A stretch of 38,919 bases of DNA from Mobula hypostoma (taxonomy: Eukaryota): assembly GCF_963921235.1 (NCBI RefSeq), contig NC_086109.1, forward strand, positions 2,567,082 to 2,606,000. The letters are read 5' to 3'. The notes under the pieces were generated by a model. It did not search any database. It was not told the origin of the DNA and saw only the letters and a program-made list of their open reading frames with translations. Position 1 is the stretch's first letter. Every line of letters begins with the position of its first letter. Below are positions 13,040 through 23,597 of this stretch, piece after piece. The position numbers and the translations under genes are program-made.

Positions 13040-13192
13040 GAGACAGTTCCCAACACTAGGTAGTGGCAAACGGCCGGACCTACCTAGTGAAGGCGTGAAC
13101 ACAGAGACGGATCCCAACACTAGGTAGTGGCAAACGGCCAGACCTACCTAGTGAAGGCGTGGACATAGAGGGACAGTTCCCAACACTAGATA
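13040..13192 (+). repeat. 64-66-bp hairpin-containing tandem repeat inside the LTR (about 2.3 units)
   Basis: cactaggtag at 13054 and 13118, each followed by its reverse complement ctacctagtg. A partial third unit starts at 13184. Confidence 0.9.
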
Positions 13193-13859
13193 GCCAGTTC
13201 CTTACCTTGCTCCAGCAGTTGAACTTGACAGCGGTGCAGGCGAAGGATACAGGCAAGTCAAGGCTTCAGGCGAGGCAAGGCAAGGCAAGGCTTCAGGCGA
13301 GTCTAAAGGTGAGGCAAGGCAAGGCTTCAGGCGAGTCTAAAGGTGAGGTAAGGCAAGGCTTCAGGTGAGGTGAGGCGAGTCGAGGCGAGGCGAGGCAAGG
13401 CAAGGCTTCAGACACTGGTTGCAGGGCAAGGCTTCAGGAGGAAGGGGCAGAAAACGGGTTTGGACAGGAACAATCCAGCAGCCAAGCCCTGGTCTCCGAA
13501 GGTATTTATTATCTGTCCAAACGAGAATCATGTGCCTCAATTAGAGCACCCAACAGAAACGGGGAAAACAGGAAAACCTGGAATAAGTGTCAATGGACCG
13601 GACCGTGAACCGGAATGCAGACTTCACAGACCAGACCATGACAGAATCTGATAGGAGAGGAGAGTGGACCATAGGAGAAAGAGAAGTAGGAGGGGTCCTG
13701 GGGAAGTAATAGGCAGGTGAGATCAAATAAAAGGTCAAAGTTGAGAATAGAGGAAGTGGCAGTGAGGTTGTTCATTTCGGCAGGAAAAATAATAAAGAAC
13801 ATTACCGAAATGGGGAGAGATCGCAGTCATAGAATCATACAGCACAAAGAACAAACCCT

Positions 13860-14155
13860 TTATTCTTCTCCAGCCCTTTCTATCTTTCACCAATCAACTT
13901 CCCAGTTCTTTACTTCACCTTATCCCCCTCTCTGGGTTTCACCTATTACCTGCCACCTTGTACTTCTTCCTCCCTTCCCCCCCACCTTCTCAGTCTGACT
14001 TCTCCCCTTCCTTTCCAATCCTGATGAAGAGTCCAGACCTGAAAAGTTAATGGTTTATTCATTTACATGGATGCTGCCTGACCTGCTGTGTTCACCCAGC
14101 ATGTTGTGTATGTTGTTTTGGATTTCCAGCATCTGCAGACTTTTTTGTGTTTGTC
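13860..14155 (+). mobile_element. Penelope-derived 3' fragment
   Basis: Degenerate ctgatgaagagtcc...gaaaagtt core, then gatgctgcctgacctgctg...cagcatctgcag. Confidence 0.7.
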
Positions 14156-14431
14156 TTTCAGCCTGTGATGTCTAATTATACTAACCCCATTTACCACCTT
14201 TTGGTCCATAGCTTTTCATGGCTTAGAAGTTCAGATGTTTACTCAGGAATTTTAATGTGTTGGAGTACCTTCCCACACCAACTTCTTAGGCAGTTGGTTC
14301 CAGACTTCAAATAGTCTCTGGGTGAAAAAAAAATCTTCCTCAGTTTTCCTACAAGCCATTTACTACTCACGTTCAACTTATGTTCTCTACTCTTCGAAAC
14401 CCCTGCCATTGTGGGGAAGGGAGGGAAGGGA

Positions 14432-14650
14432 ACATCGACTCAGACCATGAGAGGCCTGCCTCGGGCATTTTCATGCCTTACAGGGCACAGATTGGAAGTC
14501 TGTGTGGGACGCCACTCCGCACACAGACACTAGAGCAATGTGTGGTTAAGTGCCTTGCTCAAGGGCACAAACACACTGCCACAGCTGAGGCTCGAACTAG
14601 CAACCTTCAGATCACTAGATGAACGCCTTAACCACTTGGCCACGTGCCCA
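14432..14650 (-). mobile_element. tRNA-derived SINE, same head as 10205-10518 but a different 3' body
   Basis: Shared agagcaatgtgtggttaagtgccttgctcaagg core and tRNA head. Confidence 0.75.
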
Positions 14651-14847
14651 ACATTGTGAGAATTTTTTATCTATGCCCTTTTATACACTGTGATAGGATC
14701 CCCGCGCCTCCTCTGTTCCAAGGAAGGCACATCCAGGCAACCCAGTCACCACTGGATTACTAACCAATAAAGAAGCACCTATTCAAATAATGCAGAACAA
14801 AGCAGCTGCAAAGCTTTCTCGAATTATACTTTGAATAATCACTGGAG

Positions 14848-15203
14848 CAGAGGTTCTTAAAATGTTTTATGCTATTCACCCTCTGGCATTCTATAGACCC
14901 CTTCTCAAAATAAAATATTTAAATATATAAAAAAATAAAATATGTAGGATTACAAAACAAACCAATTATATTAAAATTCTGTTTTCAAAATGGTAAAAGA
15001 AAACAATTTTGCGATATGAGCTCAATGAACACATTAAATAACAAGTACTGTAGTGATGAACGGTATAGATAACGAGTAACAGACAATATTTTGAGATATT
15101 TGCAACAACTGTAATGTGATATGAAAATATCTGTGATTTCTATCGGTGACAAAGTCACGGGTACTGATAATACCACTGTGGTTTGCTGCCTACGTTTGTA
15201 ATT
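14848..15203 (+). mobile_element. hAT-Charlie-like DNA transposon relic
   Basis: Begins with a CAGAGGTTCTTAA TIR-like end. The internal text gtgatatgaaaatatctgtgatttctatcggtgacaaagtcac...ctgtggtttgctgcctac resembles, from memory, a mammalian Charlie/MER119-like consensus. Not verified by search. Confidence 0.6.
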
Positions 15204-17094
15204 CAAGATTCAAAGATTCAAATTACATTTATTAATGTATGTTTGCAGTATACAATCCTGAGTTTCATCTTCCTCACAGACAGCCAAAAAACAAAGAAAA
15301 CTATGGAATCTGTTCAAAGCAAAGCAATGAATCCCACCCCCACATGCGCAAAAAAAAACAAATTGCCACATGGCAACAAACAAAATCGAGAAACACAGAA
15401 TATAAAACACAAAATTGAAATAGTCTAGGCATATTCAGTTCACTAACTGCAGGCAGCCCCGATAAAAATCACCCAAAATAGCAACAAAAAAGGAGAAACC
15501 AGAAAACATCATAAAGTAAACTACAGAGTACAATCTGCAAACTTCATTGATTAAACCTTGCTCAAGGCCCAGAGCTCAGGCACAATCTTCTGACAGGTTT
15601 GAAGATGAGAGAGACCATTCAACTGCAGGGACCTTCCTTCAGAAGCAGCAAGCAGGAGAAAGAGAGAACATGACACGCAGACATCTTCTCCGACAGTAGA
15701 CAGCAAGAGGCTGGTAGTTGGTGCTGAACACGAATTCACCTTCCACAGTTGTCTCGAGGACTTCAGTCTCCCTTGGTGCTTTAATCAGTGCGGATAGTGA
15801 GAAGTTCTATTCTTGGTTGGTGCGGCTGTAATGAAACCAAATTTCCCTCGGGATTAATAAAGTATATCTATCTATCTATCTAAGTGGATACCATCAAGTC
15901 TCCAGGTTTCTTGGCCTCAAGGATGTAAATTTTGTTCAAAACCTCACGGAAGCCTCTCGGAGACAGAAAGCACCAGATCACTCAATCGGCCCAAAATCAC
16001 ACCACCAAAATTTACATCACAGCTTCAAACGATAGCAGAACAACACTTTAAAGAAAAAGAAGACATGAAAGAAGCAAAGGACATTGTGTCATGAACCGCC
16101 TGCAGGATGTTGGCCTTGGTTGCATTGTTCACTGGTGCCATTTTCTTCCGCATTGACAGCATTGGTTCCTCTGAGATGCAGAGCAGTCTGTGCATCTGAA
16201 AGTCTGAATCACAAACATCCTGTAAGCACATATAGCAAGAAATCAGCAAACCAAACAGAGTGTTGAGGTCTTTTAGAAGCTGAGTTGAACACAGAAGAAT
16301 GGAGGTTCTGCTCCAGCCATATCTGGAGACCATATCTGGAGTACTGTGTACTATGTGGTTTCATTGAAAACTGCAGCAGAGAATCAGACCCATTCATTAC
16401 ATAGGCAGGATGTAAATGAGTTGAGAGCTGCTTACCTGCAAAGGGTGGGTTATCTTATGAGGAACAGTTCAGCAGGCTGGACCAGTTCAGATGAGTGAGC
16501 GGACCTGAGATACAATCTCATGGGGACTTGAGTGAGTGCAAATGAAGAGTATGTTTCTTCTTGGAGGAGAGTCTAGGGGAAGAGATAATTGTAAAAACAA
16601 TCACTTATTCATTAGGCCATTACACCATAGGACAGATGAACAGAATTAGGTCTTTCAACCTATCGAGTCTACTCTGTCTTTCAATCATTGCTGATTTATT
16701 ATCCCTTTCAACCCCAGCTCCTGCCTTTTCCCTGTGATCTTTGACATCCTAACTAGTCAAGAACCTATCAACCTCTGCCTTAAATGTCCCTAGCCTCCAC
16801 AGCCATCTGTGGCAATGAATTCCACAGGTTCGGCACCCTCTGGCTAAAGAAATTTCATTCTCATCTCTGTTGTAAAAGGATTTCCTTGTTTCCTGAGGCT
16901 GCACCCGGTCTTAAAATTCCCCCCTAAAGGAGACACTCGTCCATGTATGCTCTATCTAGGCCTTTTATTATAGAGATGTAGTGATTTATTTCCCTCAAGC
17001 ATGGTGAATCTTTGGAAATCTTCCTCTAAAGTAATAAATATTATTCAGACAGAGGGAGGGAGATTCTTAATAAGCAAAAGGTTGAAAATACACT

Positions 17095-17940
17095 TAGTCA
17101 TAGTCATAGTCATACTTTATTGATCCCGGGGGAAATTGGTTTTTGTTACAGTTGCACCATAAATAGTAATAGAACCATAAATAGTTAAATAGTAATATGT
17201 AAATTATGCCAGTAAATTATAAAATAAGTCCAGGACTAGCCTATCGGCTTAGGGTGTCTGACCCTCCAAGGGAAGAGTTGTAAAGTTTGATGGCCACAGG
17301 CAGGAATGACTTCCTATGACACTCTGTGCTGCATCTCGGTGGAATGAATCTCTGGCTGAATGTACTCCTGTACCCACCCAGTACATTATGTAGTGGATGG
17401 GAGACATTGACCAAGATGGCATGCAACTTGGACAGCATCCTCTTTTCAGACACCACCGTGAGAGAGTCCAGTTCCATCCCCACAACATCACTGGCCTTAC
17501 GTATGAGTTTGTTGATTCTGTTGGTGTCTGCTACCCTCAGCCTGCTGCCCCAGCACACAACAGCAAACATGATCGCACTGGCCACCACAGACTCGTAGAA
17601 CATCCTCAGCATCGTCCGACAGATGTTAAAGGACCTCAGTCTCCTCAGGAAATAGAGATGGCTCTGACCCTTCTTGTAGACAGCCTCAGTGTTCTTTGAC
17701 CAGTTCAGTTTATTGTCAATTCGTATCCCCAGGTATTTGTAATCCTCCACCATGTCCACACTGACCCCCTGGATGGAAACAGGGGTCACCGGTGTCTTAG
17801 CTCTCCTCAGGTCTACCACCAGCTCCTTAGTCTTTTTCACATTAAGCTGCAGATAATTCTGCTCACACCATGTGACAAAGTTTCCTACTGTAGCCCTGTA
17901 ATCAGCCTCATCTCCCTTGCTGATGCATCCAACTATGGCA
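17095..17940 (-). mobile_element. Rex1/Babar-clade LINE 3' fragment
   Basis: Minus ORF IVGCISKGDEADY...LQLNVKKTKELVVD...YKYLG...LYFLRRLRSF...FLPVAIKLYN, with a (gtcata)n tail and actttattgatcccggggg 3' end. Confidence 0.9.
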
Positions 17941-18540
17941 GCTTCTGTCTCCATAAGGTGACCCACACTTTCCCTGGCAACCACTTTAGACAAATATACT
18001 TCCAAAATATCTTGAGGTTCTCCTTAATCTTGATATGCAATGCTGAGGTTAGTCAGTTCAGTCATGATCTTGAGTGGTGGGACAGGCTTGAGAAGATAAG
18101 AGGCTCACTGCTGTTCCAAACTAGTGACAGGAAATTGATGGAGGGAGGAGCAGAGCTTCTTCAGTGTCTGTGTGGGTGGAACAGAGGTGAGAACATGCTG
18201 ATGGCAGCTGTGGGAGGAAAAACAGTGTGAAATCTTCAGGTCAAAGATCTTCTTTCAGACCTTGGAAAGATTAGAAATCAAACATGTATCCACCAGCCAA
18301 ACGCAGGGGTGCAAAGAACGAAACGAGTGTCTGGACCAGGGGAAAACTTCAGTGATTCAGATAAAGTGGAGGTGCTGGTGGAAAGGGGGGAGATGAATAC
18401 TTCATAATTGCAATTGAGTCTCTGGAAAAGATGTAAATAGAAAGTGATGAATGTTCACTAGTCTACCACTTTCAACAAATATACTTCCAAAATATCTTGA
18501 GGTTCTCCTTAATCTTACGTGCCAAAGATATTTCATGACC

Positions 18541-19270
18541 AAAAACAAACAGCTGGGGGAACTCAGTGGGCTGCATCAGTGGAGGAAATGGATGTTCAGT
18601 TATGAGGATCAAGACCTTCATTTGGGTTGAAAGGTAAATGGGATATGGCCAGTGTCGAGGGAGGGATAGAGTGAGGCAAGAGCAGGCAAGCAGTATGTAT
18701 TCCCAGGCTAGGGGAATAGGTGATAGGTAGATGGAGGAGGGAAGACAGGAGGTGTTCCCAGGCTAGGGGAATAGGTGATAAACAGAAGGAGGAGGGAAAA
18801 CTGGAAAGAATGACAGAGGCTGTGAGATGATGGGTGGAATCAACAAAGGGCTGCACATGATGGAGTCTGAAATGATACAAAGGTGGAGTATGGAACCAAA
18901 TAAGGGAGGTGGGAAGGACAGATGGGAAGAGTGAGGGGAGGGAATACAATGGGAGGAGTGTGGGGTGATGACGTGAGTGGAACAGGGCAATAGCGAGCAG
19001 CAGTTGTGTGCTGGGTACAGCAGGAAATGGGTAGATTGCAGAAGAGAACATTGGATAGAGGGTGATCAGATTATCTGAAATTGGAGAATTCAGTGTTCAT
19101 GCCATTGGGTTGTAGACTACCTTAGCAGAAGGTGACGTACTGTGTTGAGCCATACCTGAGCAGTTAAGGAGACCAACGACAGGCATATCAGTGTGGCAGT
19201 GCAGAGAGAAATTGAAATGGCTACCAACCAAGAAATCCAGAAGGCCGTGACGGAACGTTGACTGGCAATT
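18541..19270 (-). mobile_element. Penelope-like element 3' fragment
   Basis: Minus strand reads VGSHFNFSLHCHTDMPVVGLL and GSLQPNGMNTEFSNFR-stop (19071-19121), typical of the PLE endonuclease end as I recall it. The 3' region is shared with the other copies. Confidence 0.75.
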
Positions 19271-19450
19271 TTTATCCAGAGGTGCTGCTGTGCTTCTGAA
19301 TTCCTCTGTTAGTTTATTTTGAAAGTGAAGAGCACTGATGAATAGCTTCATCGAAGCTGCTATCAATGACCCATCCACACCATGTCAAAGGAGAGAAAGA
19401 CTCGGACTGGAATCACTGATTCTTTTTTTTTATATCATCCATTGTTGCAG

Positions 19451-19591
19451 AACCAACAGAATCTCCACAGAATGAAATAATTACTATTTCGAGCAGCGTG
19501 GCCAGTGTTGTTGCTGTTCTTTTCATCATTTGTCTGGTCTATTTCATCGCCAGACAAGTAAGGAGAGGTCAGCAGGCACAAGACAATGGAG
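19451..19591 (+). CDS. Stalk + transmembrane exon of the same receptor
   Basis: Acceptor ccattgttgcag ends at 19450. Phase 1 joins the V exon as VY-EPTESPQNEIITISSSVASVVAVLFIICLVYFIARQVRRGQQAQDNG: a hydrophobic span followed by basic RQVRR. The 3' end is placed at GAG|GCAAGT (GC donor) because only that site keeps frame with the next exon. Confidence 0.85.
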
Positions 19592-19964
19592 GCAAGTATC
19601 TGACACGCAGTCCGTGAGTCTGAGCAGCCTGGGTCGGAGAGTGTCAGGTGCAGGAGGGGAGTGGGGCAGTGAACACAAGGGAGGAGGAGCAATGGTCAGA
19701 GGGGCAAGGAGAGCAGTGAGGGGAAGGAGGGAGCTGAATGGGTAAAAGCAGCAGAAGAAACAGTGCAGGGCTGAAAACGGAGAGCGGTCAGAGAGTAAGG
19801 AGGACGGTGTTGGGACAGTATAGGGGAGATGACCAGGGAGGGAGTCAGAAGAGGCAGGGCTGTAGGAGGAAAGGGAGAGAGTGTCAACAGGGAGGGGTTT
19901 TGCGGTAACTGGTGTATGGTGACATTGCTTGGCAGTCCTCATCGCCTCTCCCTCTGCTTCACAG

Positions 19965-20050
19965 ACTCACCACCAGAGACTATTTATGCACAAGCTCAGG
20001 AACCAAAAAGACGAGCAGCTGGCCGTCAGCCTCCGGAGGGCATCGAGCTG
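19965..20050 (+). CDS. Cytoplasmic exon with ITSM-like TIYAQA
   Basis: Acceptor cctctccctctgcttcacag and donor CTG|GTAACT. The exon is 86 nt, phase 1-0, and encodes DSPPETIYAQAQEPKRRAAGRQPPEGIEL. Confidence 0.85.
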
Positions 20051-20890
20051 GTAACTGGGGACACATTACTTCATGGGAGGGGGAACTGGGTTTGGGGGGA
20101 ACAATCTCTCAACTCCTGGAATCATCTCACCATTGCCAGAAGGTAGGGGAAATGGGGCGTGAAATCCTCTATCCTCTGGGGCCACCCTCACCACCCTGGG
20201 GAAGGTTGGGCACAAGGTAATGATGAGACACACTGCAAAACCGACCCGAATCAGAGATTGCTGCCAAATGAATGCAGAGCACGTTTCTGACCTCTGCAGA
20301 GGCACAGAAAGATCCCAAAGAACAAACAAAGAATATGTTGCTTAGGCTGAACCCACGAACCAGTGAACTCTACATCGGTTAAGGCAGGGAAGTGAGCGGA
20401 GGAACTTTAGATTATTCCCAATCCCCTATATGCATAGTCACTAGGTAACGCCATCTCCCACACACCCAGTCACTGGATAACGCCATCTCTCACACACCCA
20501 GTCACTGGGGCACACTGTCACCCACACACACCCCCGGTCACTGTCCCCCCCACACCCAGTCACTGGGGTACACAGTCCACACACACCCAGTCACTGGGGT
20601 ACACTGTCCCCCCCACACACCCAGTCACTGGAGTACACTGTCACCCACACACCCATTCACTGGGGTACACTGTCACCACACACACACCAAGTCACTGGGT
20701 ACACTGTCCCCACACACACAGTCATAGAGGTACATTGACACTCCCCCCCCGCCACAGACACACATACAACATCACCAGTGTACACTATCTCCACACCCCC
20801 GATCACTGGGGTACACTGTCACCCACACACAAACTCCCGGTCACTGTCAACCCCACACCCAGTCACTGGAGTACACTGTCACCCATTCAC

Positions 20891-21629
20891 TTCATTTTTA
20901 AAATCCTTTTATTGATACATAATCTTCTACAGCGTTAAAATGGTACAAGATTACAGCAGATTAATATATATGCATTTAATGAAGCTGAAGAAAAAAACTT
21001 ATCAAAAAAGAATAAAATGATAATGAAAAATAAATATTTTTATGAAGAAAAGAAGGAAAACGAGAACCCCAACTACTAAAAGAGAGAAAAAAACAGTAAC
21101 TACAAGAGAAAGAGAAGTAAAAAAGAACAAAGAGAGAAAATAAAACTATTAGGAACCAACTCCTGGAGTAATACGACTTACAATTATCTACTGTATATCA
21201 ATAAAGAAGACAAATCAACTGCCAATTCACATTTATATATAAGATTGGAAGGGAACCATATAAATTAATTCAAATTAAATGATAGCATTTGGCCAAAGAG
21301 CCCGATCTTCACTCAGTATCGAATCGAGGATCAAAAGTTCTACTTCTAATTTTTTCCAAGCTAAGATATGACATTACTTGAGAAAACCATTGAATTAATA
21401 CAGGGACAGAGGTATCTTTCCATTTCAATAAAATACCACTTCTTGCCAACAATGTGACAAATGTAATTACATGTTGGTCTGAAGCTGAAATACCCTGGAT
21501 ATGATGCAGAACTATTCCAAATAAGACAGCCAATGTATTAGGTTGTAAAGTAATTTTCAGAGCTTTAGAGATTGTAGAAAATAAAAATTTCCAAAAAGAT
21601 TTTAATGAAGAACATGACCAGAGCATATG
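20891..21629 (-). mobile_element. 5'-truncated L1/Tx1-like 3' end inserted in the minisatellite
   Basis: Minus ORF HMLWSCSSLKSFW...LEKIRS is homologous to the C-terminus at 35400-35790. 16-bp TSD actgtcacccattcac at 20875-20890 and 21630-21645. Confidence 0.9.
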
Positions 21630-21696
21630 ACTGTCACCCATTCACGTAGACACTGGAGTAAACTCCACCACCCCCACACACTGTCACTGGAATACA

Positions 21697-21867
21697 NNNN
21701 NNNNNNNNNNNNNNNNNNNNNNNNNNNNNNNNNNNNNNNNNNNNNNNNNNNNNNNNNNNNNNNNNNNNNNNNNNNNNNNNNNNNNNNNNNNNNNNNNNNN
21801 NNNNNNNNNNNNNNNNNNNNNNNNNNNNNNNNNNNNNNNNNNNNNNNNNNNNNNNNNNNNNNNNNNN
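21697..21867. other. Assembly gap (171 N)
   Basis: Run of N inside the minisatellite. Confidence 1.
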
Positions 21868-21929
21868 GTCCTCCACACTCTAGGTCACTGGGGTACACAG
21901 TCCCCACACATCCAGTCACTGGGGTACAC

Positions 21930-22520
21930 TGTCATAAGGTGGGTGTTTGATGGGAGAGGACCCAAATGCAAAACACAGACACTGAAGTACTAGGAACAGG
22001 ACTTGACTAGAGAGCTGGGACGAGAAAACAGACTTGGGCGAGGACATTGGCAAGGCAAGCAGTACCAGGACAAGGAACTGGGAACTAGGAGCCTGGGCTT
22101 GGACTCCAAGCTAGAGACTGGACAAGGACTCAGAACCTGGGTCTTGACTCAGGTTCGGACCCCAGAACTAGGCGAGGACATGACGTGGCTACAAGATTGG
22201 ACATGGCTTGGGTTTCTACAAGGCGAGGACATGACGAGGCTTGGGTTTCCTCGAGGCGAGGACATGATGAGGCTTCTGTTTGGATTCCGAGCCAGGGACT
22301 GGACAAGGACCCAGAACCTTGGCCTTGACTCCGGCTTGGACTTCGGAACTAAGCGAAGACATGACAGGGTCTTGGGAAACAGGAAAGTCGAAACACAAAG
22401 CCAGAAGCCTTGATTTGGTCGAGGGAGAGACAGGAACGCAGGGACATGGAACACAGAGCCGGGACCCCTTCTTGGGATCAGGACTTGGGGCCTGGGCTCT
22501 ACACAGAGTCAGGACCCCTC
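21930..22520 (-). mobile_element. Partial copy of the same LTR family inside the minisatellite
   Basis: Starts tgtcataagg...ggacccaaatgcaaaacacagacactga, matching 12180 onward. It shares the gagacaggaac...ggacatggaacacagagcc block. The other terminus is missing. Confidence 0.8.
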
Positions 22521-22589
22521 CTAGGGGTACACTGTCACCCCATACCCATCACTGGGGTACATTGTCACCATGTTATATTTTCTCTTCTC

Positions 22590-23345
22590 GGTGACTGGAT
22601 GTGTGAGGGACAGAGTAACGTAATGACTGGGTTTGTGTAGAAGAGTGTACCCAGCAACCGGGTGTGGGGGGGGGACAGTGCACCCCAGTGTCTTGGAGTG
22701 TGGAGGACAGTGTAACCCAGTGACTGGGTGTGTGGGGGATAGTGTGCCCCAGTGTCTGGGCGTGGGGGGCAGTGTACCCCAGTGACTGGGTGTGTGGGGG
22801 ACAGTGTACCCCAGTGTCTGGGTGTGGGGGGACAGTGTACCCCAGTGTGGGTGTGTGGGGGGAAGTGTACCCCAGTGACTGGGTGTGGGGGGCAGTTTAC
22901 CCCAGTGACTGGGTGTGTGGGGGACAGTGTACCCCAGTGTCTGGGTGTGGGGGGCAGTGTACCCCAGTGTGGGTATGTGGGGACAGTGTACCCCAGTGAC
23001 TGGGTGTGTGGGGGACAGTGTACCCCAGTGTCTGGGTGTGGGGGGCAGTGTACCCCAGTGTGGGTATGTGGGGACAGTGTACCCCAGTGTCTGGGTGTGG
23101 GGGGACAGTGTACCCCAGTGACTGGGTGTGGGGGGCAGTTTACCCCAGTGACTGGGTGTGTGGGGGACAGTGTACCCCAGTGTCTGGGTGTGGGGGGCAG
23201 TGTACCCCAGTGTGGGTATGTGGGGACAGTGTACCCCAGTGACTGGGTGTGTGGGGGACAGTGTACCCCAGTGTCTGGGTGTGGGGGGACAGTGTACCCC
23301 AGTGTGGGTGTGTGGGGGGAAGTGTACCCCAGTGACTGGTTGTGT
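22590..23345 (+). repeat. Same minisatellite in inverted, G-rich orientation
   Basis: Units of the form gggtgtggggggacagtgtaccccagtgact, with higher-order ~91-bp repetition (22915 vs 23006). Confidence 0.95.
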
Positions 23346-23393
23346 GCCAGGGCTGGATCTCTCCTCACTCTGAACACTGTGCTTTCTCTGCAG

Positions 23394-23597
23394 ATTCCCA
23401 GGCAGCTGGAGGGCCTGGATCTTCCAAGCACCATTTATGCCACAGTAAAGTCCCCTGCAACTCCAGATCCTCGACAGGCCAGGGTCAAGGGAGCTGCCCA
23501 CCGAAACCACAGGGACAGCACGATCCAGGAGTATGAAACAGTGAACCATCCTGGGACTCCACGCTTTGCGTCAGTCAAGGCTGGGGGACGAGTCTGA
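23394..23597 (+). CDS. Last coding exon with canonical ITSM (TIYATV) and a YETV motif
   Basis: Acceptor ctgtgctttctctgcag, phase 0. Encodes IPRQLEGLDLPSTIYATVKSP...IQEYETVNHPGTPRFASVKAGGRV-stop. TxYxxV/I is the SAP/EAT-2-binding motif of SLAM receptors. Confidence 0.88.
   Translation: MPRQLEGLDLPSTIYATVKSPATPDPRQARVKGAAHRNHRDSTIQEYETVNHPGTPRFASVKAGGRV

Larger units (their letters stand above)
12180..13643 (-). mobile_element. Solo LTR (1464 bp) with internal tandem repeats
   Basis: TGTCAT...ATGACA termini and a 5-bp TSD GAATC at 12175-12179 and 13644-13648. The host Penelope-derived sequence resumes across it. A TATA-like ataataaatacc lies on the minus strand near 13501-13512. Superfamily not determined (Gypsy-like suspected). 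Confidence 0.88.
11935..13735 (-). mobile_element. Penelope-derived non-autonomous element, host of the solo LTR
   Basis: Shared end (cagcatctatgg...caacacacacaaaa...ctgcag) and a hammerhead-like motif at 12025-12062. Confidence 0.7.
20437..21929 (+). repeat. C-rich ~31-bp minisatellite (cacacccagtcactggggtacactgtccccc)n, interrupted by L1 and a gap
   Basis: Directly visible tandem units. Confidence 0.9.

Noticed and set aside
13040-13192. CRISPR-like palindromic repeats
   Set aside because: Vertebrate DNA, only about 2.3 units, related rather than unique spacers, inside an LTR, and no cas genes.
12163-13651. Many short ORFs in the LTR
   Set aside because: Low-complexity products of tandem repeats; no gag/pol/env motifs.
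17940-18005. N-terminal extension of the 254-aa Rex1 ORF
   Set aside because: Flanking sequence read in frame past the 5' truncation point.
22521-23549. Long His/Pro/Gly/Cys-rich ORFs on both strands (up to 342 aa)
   Set aside because: Translations of the minisatellite. Only 23394-23597 of the 22752-23597 ORF is a real exon.
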